From a bacterium (GTDB lineage: Bacteria; Bacillota_I; Bacilli_A; RF39; UBA660): a DNA stretch of 64,000 nt. Positions 31,490 through 40,335 of the stretch are shown piece by piece (the stretch's first letter is position 1; each line of letters begins with the position of its first letter). Location: positions 18,563-82,562 of the forward strand of contig JAHZBE010000002.1 of NCBI GenBank assembly GCA_019423565.1, in the 5' to 3' direction. The notes under the pieces are model-generated. The model saw only the letters and a list, made by a program, of their open reading frames with translations, was not told the origin of the DNA and ran no database searches. The translations under genes were made by a program, and so were the position numbers.

Positions 31490-32029
31490 TTATTTTTTTC
31501 CTTTCATTTTTGCTCTTTGCAATATCATTTGTTTTGTTTTACTCGGATTATTACATATGTTTCCATCCAAGCTAAATGCTTCATCCCATTCCTTTATAAC
31601 ATCATATAATGGATCGTTTTCATAAATGAATTTTATATATTGTGGCATGTCTGCATTTTTTGATATACTACGCATATCTTTTAAGGATAAATATTCTTCA
31701 AATTCTGTTACATCATATAATTGTAATGCAAAACAATTTGGATTATTTTTACCATAGTATTCAACGATTTCATGACCATCACTTCTTTTGTCATATCCTG
31801 TTGCACTTAATATTTCATTAGTATTACCTTTTAAAATATCACCTACTTTAAAATATCCTATAATTGCTTTATCTTCTTTTGCAGAATACACATAAACTTT
31901 TTTATTAAGTAATTCATCTTTTAAAGGCGATTTTCTAAATTCATAAAGTTTGGTTTCATCAAATATTTGCCTAGCATAATAAGTCATTATTGAAATAATT
32001 GCAATTTTTTTTCTTTGACTTTTATCCAT
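31490..32029 (-). CDS. ASCH/PUA-like domain protein (second, longer)
   Basis: Start at ATG 32029 with GGAGGGG RBS; internal KVYVYSAKEDKAIIGYFKVGDI pattern resembles the ASCH/EVE-type fold; weak. Confidence 0.4.
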   Translation of the reverse strand: MDKSQRKKIAIISIMTYYARQIFDETKLYEFRKSPLKDELLNKKVYVYSAKEDKAIIGYFKVGDILKGNTNEILSATGYDKRSDGHEIVEYYGKNNPNCFALQLYDVTEFEEYLSLKDMRSISKNADMPQYIKFIYENDPLYDVIKEWDEAFSLDGNICNNPSKTKQMILQRAKMKGKK

Positions 32030-32121
32030 CTTATCCCCTCCTGATAAATAGATTATAACATAAATTGACAAATTTAGCAAAAAATGATATAGTATATCCT
32101 AATTTTGAGGAGGGGAACTAT

Positions 32122-32691
32122 ATGATAAAAATAGAAAGTTTAAAAGATTATTTGAAAACTATCAGTAATGAAGATTTTATAATGCTAGCAACAAAAATTT
32201 ATATGATTACAGATTTTATTTGCAAAGATTATCCCAAACATAAGGAATGGTATTTTACTAAACAACTACCTGCAATCGCCGGTGAAGAAAGAAATATTTT
32301 ATTTGTTAGAAATCCAGAAAATCAAGAAGAAATTATTTCAATGGCTTGTTTAAAGAAAGATGAGGAAGAACAAAAAATATGTACTTTATATGTTTCAGAT
32401 AAATGTAGAGGTCTGGGAATAGGAACAGCAATCGTTGAAGATTCAATGAAATGGTTAGGTACAACTAAACCACTTATAACATTAGCAGATTACAAATTAG
32501 AAATGTTTAAACCAATTATTAACAAATATGATTGGCAACTAACTGAAATAGTTTCTGGTTTATATAATGATAGATCACAAGAATTATGTTTTAACGGAAC
32601 TCTCACTAAAAATAATAATAATCTATTAGAACAACAATTACATCGTAGACTGGTAAAAGCACTAGAATATAGAAAAAATCAACTAAAATAG
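32122..32691 (+). CDS. GNAT family N-acetyltransferase
   Basis: Start at 32122 with GGAGGGG RBS; LYVSDKCRGLGIGTAIVED acetyl-CoA binding motif A. Confidence 0.6.
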   Translation: MIKIESLKDYLKTISNEDFIMLATKIYMITDFICKDYPKHKEWYFTKQLPAIAGEERNILFVRNPENQEEIISMACLKKDEEEQKICTLYVSDKCRGLGIGTAIVEDSMKWLGTTKPLITLADYKLEMFKPIINKYDWQLTEIVSGLYNDRSQELCFNGTLTKNNNNLLEQQLHRRLVKALEYRKNQLK

Positions 32692-32805
32692 TTTTATTTT
32701 TAAAATCACAATTAGTATCAAAAAAAATTAAATATAAAAAGTAGGTATTGAATTCAATACCTATTTTTTAATTTTCTCATTATTCTCATAAATTTTTATC
32801 AATAT

Positions 32806-32850
32806 TTTCAAAAATAAAACTCCAATATAAATTGAAGGTTTATTTTTTTC
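32806..32850. repeat. 42-bp direct repeat, copy B (ttttcaaaaataaaactccaatataaattgaaggtttatttt)
   Basis: Matches copy A at 31029..31071; overlaps the stop codon of the 32840..33181 gene. Confidence 0.6.
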
Positions 32851-33181
32851 TTATATTTAATTGTATTAAAGTTCCTACTATATACATTATTATATAAAGT
32901 ACTGAATATATTACTGTATCATTATTGTAATAAAATAATGCTGATGGAACATATATAAACGCTACTAAAAATGAATAGTACCATTTAAATCCACATTTTT
33001 TAGTAATAATCATTCCTGCGATTAATGCATATATATTATTTACTAAAAGTACGCATATTTTTGCATAAATATTCGCACCTGACTCGTTAAATCCATACGC
33101 AAAAAATGGAATAAAGTAATATACTAAAAGGCCATAACCTAAAACTTTTAATACTTCTATTACTTTTTCTTTTCTACTCAC
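32840..33181 (-). CDS. small hypothetical membrane protein
   Basis: 113 aa, 3-4 predicted TM helices. Confidence 0.4.
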   Translation of the reverse strand: MSRKEKVIEVLKVLGYGLLVYYFIPFFAYGFNESGANIYAKICVLLVNNIYALIAGMIITKKCGFKWYYSFLVAFIYVPSALFYYNNDTVIYSVLYIIMYIVGTLIQLNIRKK

Positions 33182-34355
33182 TTGCTTTTTTCTCCACTTC
33201 TTCTTCTATTTCTTCATTTAATTTAATTAATTCGTATTTATCGTTAAAATACATAAATATTGTTTTAATAATCGCAACACATGGAGCTGCAATTATCATA
33301 CCAATAATTCCAAAGAATTTTCCAAATACAAGAAGAGCAATAATAACTGTTACTGGATGTAACTTTAACCCTTTACTTTGTATAAGTGGTGTGAATATTA
33401 CATTATCAAGCATTTGTGATACTAAAATACTTATTATTACAAATATACCTGTTGGCACTCCTTGTGTAAAACCTACTATAGCAGCTGGAATACCACCAAT
33501 CCATGGTCCAACATATGGAATAGCATTTGTAATACCACAGAAGAATGCAAAAAGAATTGATGCTTTTAATCCTGCGATTGAAAAACCAATTGAATTTTCT
33601 ATAAAAATTAAAGTCATTGTCATTAATATTCCTTGAATATAGTTAAATAACGTTTTATTAGCAATATTCATTAAGTTACCAGCATCTTCTCTTGCTTTTA
33701 CTGGTAATATGCTTAAAAAAACTTTACTAACATTATCAAAATCAAAAAGCATATAAAGTCCAATAAATAATCCAATTACAAATGTTCCAAGACCTGATAC
33801 AAATGAAGTTGCAATTGTAATTACTTTTGATGGTAATCCAACAGTTATTTGTTTTCCTAAATCAACAATTGTACTAAATAAACTTGCTTTTATATCTGCT
33901 GCATTACTATCAAGTACTGGTTCAAATATTTCAAATATTTTGTCTATAAATGAACTTAATTTTGTTGTTAAACTTGGAACCATGCCTATAAAATCATTTA
34001 TTTGTTTTGTTAAAGTTGGAACGCTAAATACACATAATACTATAAGTAACGCAATGAATACTGTATAAACAATAATAGTTGCGACTACTCTATTCATTTT
34101 ATGCTTTGTTAAGAATGTTACAATAGGATTAAATAACCAAGCAATTATTATACCTATAAATAATGGAGATAATGTATTTAAAAGTACTCCAATAAATTTA
34201 AATATTTTCCATTCTTTAAATATATATGTTACAAGCATAACTGCTGCTACAATAAGTGCTACAAACATTATTTTAAGCATCTTATTAAGTAAAACAACAC
34301 CTTCGTTTACTTTTTCTATATCTAAAGTATCTTTTTTGTTATTTTTTCTAAGCAT
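33174..34355 (-). CDS. AI-2E family transporter (PerM/YtvI-like, UPF0118)
   Basis: 393 aa, about 8 TM, conserved GIIIAWLFNPIVTFL and C-terminal GIPAAIVGF-type segments. Confidence 0.75.
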   Translation of the reverse strand: MLRKNNKKDTLDIEKVNEGVVLLNKMLKIMFVALIVAAVMLVTYIFKEWKIFKFIGVLLNTLSPLFIGIIIAWLFNPIVTFLTKHKMNRVVATIIVYTVFIALLIVLCVFSVPTLTKQINDFIGMVPSLTTKLSSFIDKIFEIFEPVLDSNAADIKASLFSTIVDLGKQITVGLPSKVITIATSFVSGLGTFVIGLFIGLYMLFDFDNVSKVFLSILPVKAREDAGNLMNIANKTLFNYIQGILMTMTLIFIENSIGFSIAGLKASILFAFFCGITNAIPYVGPWIGGIPAAIVGFTQGVPTGIFVIISILVSQMLDNVIFTPLIQSKGLKLHPVTVIIALLVFGKFFGIIGMIIAAPCVAIIKTIFMYFNDKYELIKLNEEIEEEVEKKASE

Positions 34356-34430
34356 ATAAACACATCCTTTTGTTATTAGTATAACACATAATAGGAAAAA
34401 CTTCCCATATTTAGGAAGTTTTTTACAGTT

Positions 34431-35051
34431 TTAGACAGTTTTGGTTTTCTTCTTTATTTTATCCACAGTAAAAATATAAATAAACATATAGATAATTGAT
34501 GTTAAATATCCACCAATTATATCACTCGCATAATGTACTCCAAGATAAATTCTGCTTATACCCACTAAAAGTATTATGGTAGATAATAAGAATATGTATA
34601 TTACTTTTGTATAAATATTAAATTTCGATTTTGCGATTAAATAAATTAAAAATCCGTAAAAACTCATTGCGGTCATTGCGTGTCCACTTGGGAAACTAAA
34701 TCCTGTTTGTTCTATTAAGTGAAGTACTATTGGTCTTTCTCTTCTTATTATTCTTTTAAATACCGAGTTTATAATCACACTATTTATAGAGTTTACAGAA
34801 ATTAATATACCCGTTTTTATATTTTTTATAAATATTAAGGATGCTAAACATAAAAGAACTATACATTGTGTACATGCCATATTAGATATAAACTGGAAAA
34901 ACCTTGTTTTTTCTTCTGTTATGTTTCCCGCAATTAAACTGTATACTGCATCATCAAATGGAATTATTTTTCCACTTTCTATAAGATATATAAGACAAAT
35001 AAGTAAAATTACTAAAATGCTAAATACAATATATTTGATTTTACCTTTCAT
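34431..35051 (-). CDS. PAP2 family phosphatase (phosphatidic acid/undecaprenyl-diphosphate phosphatase-like)
   Basis: KRIIRRERP, PSGH and SRIYLGVHYASD: the three canonical PAP2 motifs. Confidence 0.85.
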   Translation of the reverse strand: MKGKIKYIVFSILVILLICLIYLIESGKIIPFDDAVYSLIAGNITEEKTRFFQFISNMACTQCIVLLCLASLIFIKNIKTGILISVNSINSVIINSVFKRIIRRERPIVLHLIEQTGFSFPSGHAMTAMSFYGFLIYLIAKSKFNIYTKVIYIFLLSTIILLVGISRIYLGVHYASDIIGGYLTSIIYMFIYIFTVDKIKKKTKTV

Positions 35052-35075
35052 AAGTTTACCCTCTTTTCTATTAAT

Positions 35076-35106
35076 AAAGTGCTTTTATATTTTAAAAGCA
35101 CTTCTT
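35076..35106 (-). terminator. hairpin downstream of the tRNA pair (candidate terminator)
   Basis: aagtgctttta/taaaagcactt 11-bp inverted repeat just 3' of the minus-strand tRNAs. Confidence 0.35.
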
Positions 35107-35122
35107 GTTATGTTAAATCTAT

Positions 35123-35200
35123 ATACAAAATTTGGTGACCTGTATGGGATTCGAACCCATGAATGCTGCCGTGAGAGGGCAGTGTGTTAAGCCACTTCAC
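35123..35200 (-). tRNA. tRNA-Glu (anticodon CUC)
   Basis: Manual fold: 7-bp acceptor stem, T-arm ATGGG/TTCGAATC/CCCAT, anticodon stem CTGCC/GGCAG with loop CTCTCAC; encoded CCA; resembles E. coli tRNA-Glu except C34. Confidence 0.7.
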
Positions 35201-35275
35201 CAACAGGCCATGGCTGCCCAAGTTAGATTCGAACTAACGCATAATAGATTCAGAGTCTACCGCCTTACCACTTGG
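35201..35275 (-). tRNA. tRNA-Gln (anticodon CUG)
   Basis: Manual fold: acceptor TGCCCAA/TTGGGCA, D-arm GCCAAGTGGTAAGGC as in bacterial tRNA-Gln, anticodon loop CTCTGAA, encoded CCA; immediately abuts tRNA-Glu. Confidence 0.7.
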
Positions 35276-35340
35276 CTATTGGGCAATCCAATAATATTAT
35301 AACAAAAAAGTCTAGGTTTTTCTAGACCTTTTTATATATA

Positions 35341-35598
35341 TTAATTAATTCCGAGTCCTAATTTGATAAATAATATAAGTATTCCTATCAAACCTGTTAT
35401 TAAAGCTCCTACTGATGTCCTCCATAACCATTTATTTCTATCTTCAATTTTGTTAATAGTTTCTAAGTTTCTATTTGCTAAGTTGTATGCTTCATTTGAC
35501 TTTTCTTTTATAAGTTTGTAATCATCTATTTTACTTTCAATAACAGCGAGCCTAGTTAAAACTTCTAATTCAAATTTTTCTCCCATATGCATCACCAT
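35341..35598 (-). CDS. XhlA-like small membrane protein (phage hemolysin/holin-associated family), tentative
   Basis: About 80 aa, coiled-coil N-terminus and single C-terminal TM (ALITGLIGILILFI), the architecture of XhlA-family proteins. Confidence 0.35.
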   Translation of the reverse strand: MVMHMGEKFELEVLTRLAVIESKIDDYKLIKEKSNEAYNLANRNLETINKIEDRNKWLWRTSVGALITGLIGILILFIKLGLGIN

Positions 35599-35749
35599 CC
35601 TTAATATATATTTCTATTATATTAAATGCATATTTTAGTATTTTGAGTTTGTTATTAACTATAATTTTATAATTTTTAACAGTTAAAATATTATTGTATA
35701 ATTAATTATTTAGTTCAACGCATACTTGTGTATCGCATTTTTACTTATT

Positions 35750-37090
35750 TTATTTAAAATCAAACTCTTTATAAGCCTTATTTAGTAAATTTTGTCTCAT
35801 ATCTTTTAATAAACAATCTACAACTTCAAAAGATATCTCTCTTTGATTTTTATTTGTTGTATCAAATAAGTTAAAGTTTATGTTTTCTTCTTCAGATAAC
35901 TTTTTCATATTTAATAATGATTCATTATATTCATTTAAATTTGTCTCATTAAGAAATGATCTTTTTTCAAGTGATAAATTTGCATTGTAATCACGTTTTA
36001 ATGATGTTAGACTATCCGCATATGTTGAAATAACAATATCAATTTTATTTTTAATTAAAGGTATATATAACTTTTTATATTCACTATATTCATTTTCACT
36101 CATTCCATTTTTTAAATATAATCTATCAACCCAAATTAGTCTATCAAATAAAGATCTATCAATTATAATAATGTCTGGTTTTCTCTCAATTGATTCTTCT
36201 AATTGTTTTAATACATATTTTGAAATTTCTGTATTAACTACATTTTTATATTTGTTTTTTAAAGTTGGATATATTTCCTTTTTGTATTTTTCAGATGTAG
36301 TAAATTCTTCTAATACCTCTACTACAAAACCTTTCTTTTTGAAAAAATCTTTTAAATTATTAATTAAACTTGTTTTACCTGTTCTTGGTGTTCCAGTAAA
36401 TTCAATAACATATGGAGAATTATCAGATAAAACTTTTTTTAGTTTGTATACTTCTTCTTTTCTATAATGTATTTTTCTTAATTTATTATATTCTTCTATA
36501 TTATCCTTAAATATAATATTTTTTACATATTCATCGTTATCTTTATTATTAAAGATTTCATCTATTAACGCTTTTAATCTTATGAACATAGGATTATTTT
36601 CATCTTCATTAAATATTAAACTATTATAAACTTCAGTATAGTACCATTTTTGAGATTCATATCCTCTTTTAAATGCTGAAAAATCATATTTTCCCTTAAT
36701 TTCAAATAATATTTTTAAATCTTCAAGATTACTAATTTTATCCGCACATATTACTGCTTTATGTCTTAAATCTAATTTTTTAGTTTCTTCTATTGTATGT
36801 TTTTTTCTTTCTTCCCAAGATAAACTTTTATCTGGTTCACTCGCACCATATACTAATGAAGCAATATCATCATTAAAATTATCTTTTATATCTTCTATTT
36901 CATATGATGTATCTTCTACAACATCATGTAAATACCCTGCGGATACAACGTTTTCATCAAATACATATTGTTTTAATATTTGTCCAACATTTATTGGATG
37001 TATTATCATTGGTTTTTCTTTATCACTTTTTCTTACCTGACCTTTATGCGCTTTTATCGCAAATTCTTTTGCTTTTAATTCTATATTCAT
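35750..37090 (-). CDS. fusion protein: N-terminal RelA/SpoT-type HD hydrolase domain (small alarmone hydrolase-like) plus C-terminal P-loop deoxynucleoside/nucleotide-kinase-like domain
   Basis: Residues 1-150: HKGQVRKSDKEKPMIIHPINVGQIL...GYLHDVVEDT...ICADKISNL match the (p)ppGpp hydrolase HD signature. Residues about 225-400: Walker A GTPRTGKTS and IIIDRSLFDRLIWVDRLY (dNK-like DRS/ERS region). Confidence 0.6.
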   Translation of the reverse strand: MNIELKAKEFAIKAHKGQVRKSDKEKPMIIHPINVGQILKQYVFDENVVSAGYLHDVVEDTSYEIEDIKDNFNDDIASLVYGASEPDKSLSWEERKKHTIEETKKLDLRHKAVICADKISNLEDLKILFEIKGKYDFSAFKRGYESQKWYYTEVYNSLIFNEDENNPMFIRLKALIDEIFNNKDNDEYVKNIIFKDNIEEYNKLRKIHYRKEEVYKLKKVLSDNSPYVIEFTGTPRTGKTSLINNLKDFFKKKGFVVEVLEEFTTSEKYKKEIYPTLKNKYKNVVNTEISKYVLKQLEESIERKPDIIIIDRSLFDRLIWVDRLYLKNGMSENEYSEYKKLYIPLIKNKIDIVISTYADSLTSLKRDYNANLSLEKRSFLNETNLNEYNESLLNMKKLSEEENINFNLFDTTNKNQREISFEVVDCLLKDMRQNLLNKAYKEFDFK

Positions 37091-37230
37091 AACTCCTCCA
37101 TTTATAATAAACTAGAAAATTTATCATATTTAATATTGTAATCAACTATAAGAATTATAACATATTTATGTACTATTTTGAATAGTTTACATCACATCTA
37201 AACCTGGTGATGGGCACTGTGTAGTTTTTA

Positions 37231-37845
37231 CTATAAATATTTATTTATATCATTTATATATAATTTTAAAATATCATATTGCTTTATATTTTTATTCTTA
37301 TATCCTAATTCTTTTCTAATTGCTAAAATTAAAGTTTCAATCTTTGGTGCTTCATTTGATAAATAATATTTTGTGGATTCTACTTTAGTTAGACCTTTTT
37401 TATTTGTCTCGCTATTCATAACAGATATTTTAAAGTCGGACCAAGCTTTCAATACGTTGTCAGATGCATAAATTGTCATATATTTTTGTTGTTCTCTCAA
37501 TTCTTCTGTTATATTTTTATTATTTGTAATTTCGGCATAAAGAACATTTTTTATTAACCAATCTAAAAATTCAATATATATCTTTTGTCTTTCTTCTCTA
37601 ATTTGATTTTTAATATTATATCTGTTTTCAAAATATTTGCCTACCGGTACTGAAACAAACGCTAATAATCCAGTAATCAATGCTACCGAAATCGTTGGAT
37701 ATTTATCAAATACATATTTAATAGCTTTTATTAATAATTGTCCTATTTTTATAGAAATATAAACAGCAAATATTAGTAATGCCATTTCCAAAATGAAGTA
37801 TAATATATCGCGTTTAAAATTAAAAATTTTTTTATTACTATTCAT
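37231..37845 (-). CDS. hypothetical membrane protein (2 N-terminal TM plus cytoplasmic domain)
   Basis: 204 aa; 15 nt downstream of the Bro-N gene (likely co-transcribed). Confidence 0.4.
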   Translation of the reverse strand: MNSNKKIFNFKRDILYFILEMALLIFAVYISIKIGQLLIKAIKYVFDKYPTISVALITGLLAFVSVPVGKYFENRYNIKNQIREERQKIYIEFLDWLIKNVLYAEITNNKNITEELREQQKYMTIYASDNVLKAWSDFKISVMNSETNKKGLTKVESTKYYLSNEAPKIETLILAIRKELGYKNKNIKQYDILKLYINDINKYL

Positions 37846-37859
37846 AATTTTCTCCTACT

Positions 37860-38714
37860 TTATTTTGATGTTTCTAGTTGTTCTTCTTTCTTATATTCAT
37901 AATTTAATCTATTTTGTTTATTAACAACAGATTCTCCTAAATTTCTTTCTATATCTTCTCTTGCTACTTTTGCTGCATGTCCTCCCATTCTAGCAACCTC
38001 TTTATTTTGTTCTAAGCCTTGCGGTTTATGTTTTTCTGCTAATCTTTTTGTAGTTTCTTCTGATAAATCAGCCAATATTATTTCAATGTTATCCATATTA
38101 TCTCTTAAAGACTCTTTACGAAGACCTTTATATTGTTTATATTCTTTAGCTGTCATACCAGACCATTCTTTATAGATTTCATTAGTTAGTATAGCATATT
38201 CTTTACCTTCAGTTATACCATTCTCTTGCCAAATATCAGTTAATTCTTTTCTATCTTGAATTCCTTTTAATCTTTTTGTAATCCATTTTTCATCATAGCC
38301 TTTAGCACGATATATATCTATAGCTCTTTGAGCTGAAAGTGATGGGTCAAATACTTCGTCAATTCTTTCACTTCCTAATTTAGCTAACCACCCTTTTATT
38401 GATTCAGCATTTTTACTAGGAATAGATTCAATTATTCTAAACATGCCCTCAATATCAACTACATCAGTATTATAATATTTACCATCTGAAGACTTTAATT
38501 TCAGTTGGTTACAATTTGTAACCGACTCATTTCCTTCTTTTTTTAATCTATGTTTTAACACTTTCCAATAATTTCTAGGATTATCACTTTCTGATAAAAC
38601 TCCTACTATATCAACAACACTAATATAATATTTTTCATCTTCTTTATCCCATACGGTTCTTATTGTTTCATTATTAAAAATTTTATTAATTAAATGCATT
38701 TTATCCTGATTCAT
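37860..38714 (-). CDS. Bro-N domain protein, DinD (DNA-damage-inducible protein D)-like
   Basis: N-terminal ...IRTVWDKEDEKYYISVVDIVGVLSESDNPRNYWKVLKHRL fits the Bro-N consensus; 284 aa matches DinD-type proteins. Confidence 0.5.
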   Translation of the reverse strand: MNQDKMHLINKIFNNETIRTVWDKEDEKYYISVVDIVGVLSESDNPRNYWKVLKHRLKKEGNESVTNCNQLKLKSSDGKYYNTDVVDIEGMFRIIESIPSKNAESIKGWLAKLGSERIDEVFDPSLSAQRAIDIYRAKGYDEKWITKRLKGIQDRKELTDIWQENGITEGKEYAILTNEIYKEWSGMTAKEYKQYKGLRKESLRDNMDNIEIILADLSEETTKRLAEKHKPQGLEQNKEVARMGGHAAKVAREDIERNLGESVVNKQNRLNYEYKKEEQLETSK

Positions 38715-38766
38715 TTATAAACCTCCTATTTCATTTTCAGATAATTCTTTTTCTTTTAATTTTTCA

Positions 38767-39393
38767 TTACTCATACATCATACCTACATAATCCATAACC
38801 ACTTCTTTTATACCTAATTTTTCTGCATACAAAGATAATCTGACAAGATCTTTATCCTTCCTTTTTATATACTCTCGTACACTATGTTTAATAAGTTCTA
38901 AATCCATTCTATTTTTAGATCTAATAATATCACATATACATCTTTCGACATCATATGCTTTCACTTTATTACCCATAGGTGTTTCAATTTCAATAAGACC
39001 AAGTTTGTAAATATCATTATCAACATAAAACACATTATGTTTCCTTAAGTGCACACTACTATAACTTCTTTTTACAGTTATATCATACACTCCATTTGGA
39101 GCCTTTGTAGATAAACCATGAAAATACAAAGCCGTCATATGAGAAAATATTACATTAGGCATACTTAAACCAAAAACATAATAATTATCTATAACTTTAT
39201 TAAAATCAATATAAATACCTGACGCAACTTTTTCTATAATACCTTTTTCTTGCATGATTGAAAGATACATTCTGTGTATGCCAAACATATCAAGTTCTTT
39301 TGAAGTAATATATCCATTATTTTTTTTCATAAGTTCTTCAATAATTTCGATATTACTTTTATCCTGAAACCCTTCTATAGTTAATTTTTCCAT
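38767..39393 (-). CDS. AbiEi-like (type IV TA antitoxin family) transcriptional regulator domain protein, tentative
   Basis: Start at ATG 39393 with AAGAGG RBS (track ORF extended to 39513); ITSKELDMFGI winged-helix-like N-terminus and VFGLSMPNVIFSHMTALYFHGLS core reminiscent of AbiEi/COG5340 proteins. Confidence 0.4.
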   Translation of the reverse strand: MEKLTIEGFQDKSNIEIIEELMKKNNGYITSKELDMFGIHRMYLSIMQEKGIIEKVASGIYIDFNKVIDNYYVFGLSMPNVIFSHMTALYFHGLSTKAPNGVYDITVKRSYSSVHLRKHNVFYVDNDIYKLGLIEIETPMGNKVKAYDVERCICDIIRSKNRMDLELIKHSVREYIKRKDKDLVRLSLYAEKLGIKEVVMDYVGMMYE

Positions 39394-39733
39394 ATAGTAC
39401 CTCTTTGACTTTTCTACTGAAATTATATCATGTTCAGTAGTTTTGTCAACCTTTTTCCTGAATTCAGGGAAATGGTCACTTACTTTGTTATTACTAGTTT
39501 CACAAGCAATCATCGCACGTTTTATAACTTTATGAAATTTTCACATTTATTATATTCTAGTAAAGACATTAATTTTCTTGATTCCAAAAACTCATTTCCA
39601 TATTCATCAATATGTTTTATACCTTCAAAAATTTTTCAATATATTCTTCTATATACCAAAATTAAAAAAGCAATATTAATCCATCAAATTAATACTGCTC
39701 ATCATTTAAACTTTAACATAAATTATTCAATAT

Positions 39734-40141
39734 TTATTTTTTAAACCACATATACATTCCTTCTTCAGCAACTTCTTTTTTTACTTTAAAGCCAAATTTT
39801 TCATAAAATCCAACTTTACCATTTGCTGCCAAAAGTTGTATCATCATTTCTTCGCCATCTTCAAGTGTATCTTTTACTCTATCTAATAGATTATTAATCA
39901 TTTTTTTACCAATATGTTTGCCTTGATATTCTGGTTTTACAATAACATCTGATACAAGTACCATATAACCATTATCTGTTACTAATCTTGCCATACCTAC
40001 AATATTACCATCTTGAATATATTTAACTGTCATACTATTTTTTAAACTTTTTTCTAACAATCTCTTTGACGGACATTTCCAACCTACGGAATTAATCATT
40101 TCTAAATATTCTTCATATGTTAAATTATTTTCTTCTATCAT
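39734..40141 (-). CDS. GNAT family N-acetyltransferase
   Basis: 135 aa; VKPEYQGKHIGKKMINNLL motif A, GNAT fold length. Confidence 0.75.
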   Translation of the reverse strand: MIEENNLTYEEYLEMINSVGWKCPSKRLLEKSLKNSMTVKYIQDGNIVGMARLVTDNGYMVLVSDVIVKPEYQGKHIGKKMINNLLDRVKDTLEDGEEMMIQLLAANGKVGFYEKFGFKVKKEVAEEGMYMWFKK

Positions 40142-40335
40142 ATAAACACCTCATTACACACTATTTAACTTATCTATTCTACTAGTCAATAAAGTACAAT
40201 CATCTTCAACTTATAATTATTATAACATATTCTTTTTTATTTTATGATTTTAAAAATTTAAAAAGATCAACCATTAAAGTTGATCTTAACAATATAGTTA
40301 CATTATTTTAAAAAGTATACAATAAATTTTTTCTC

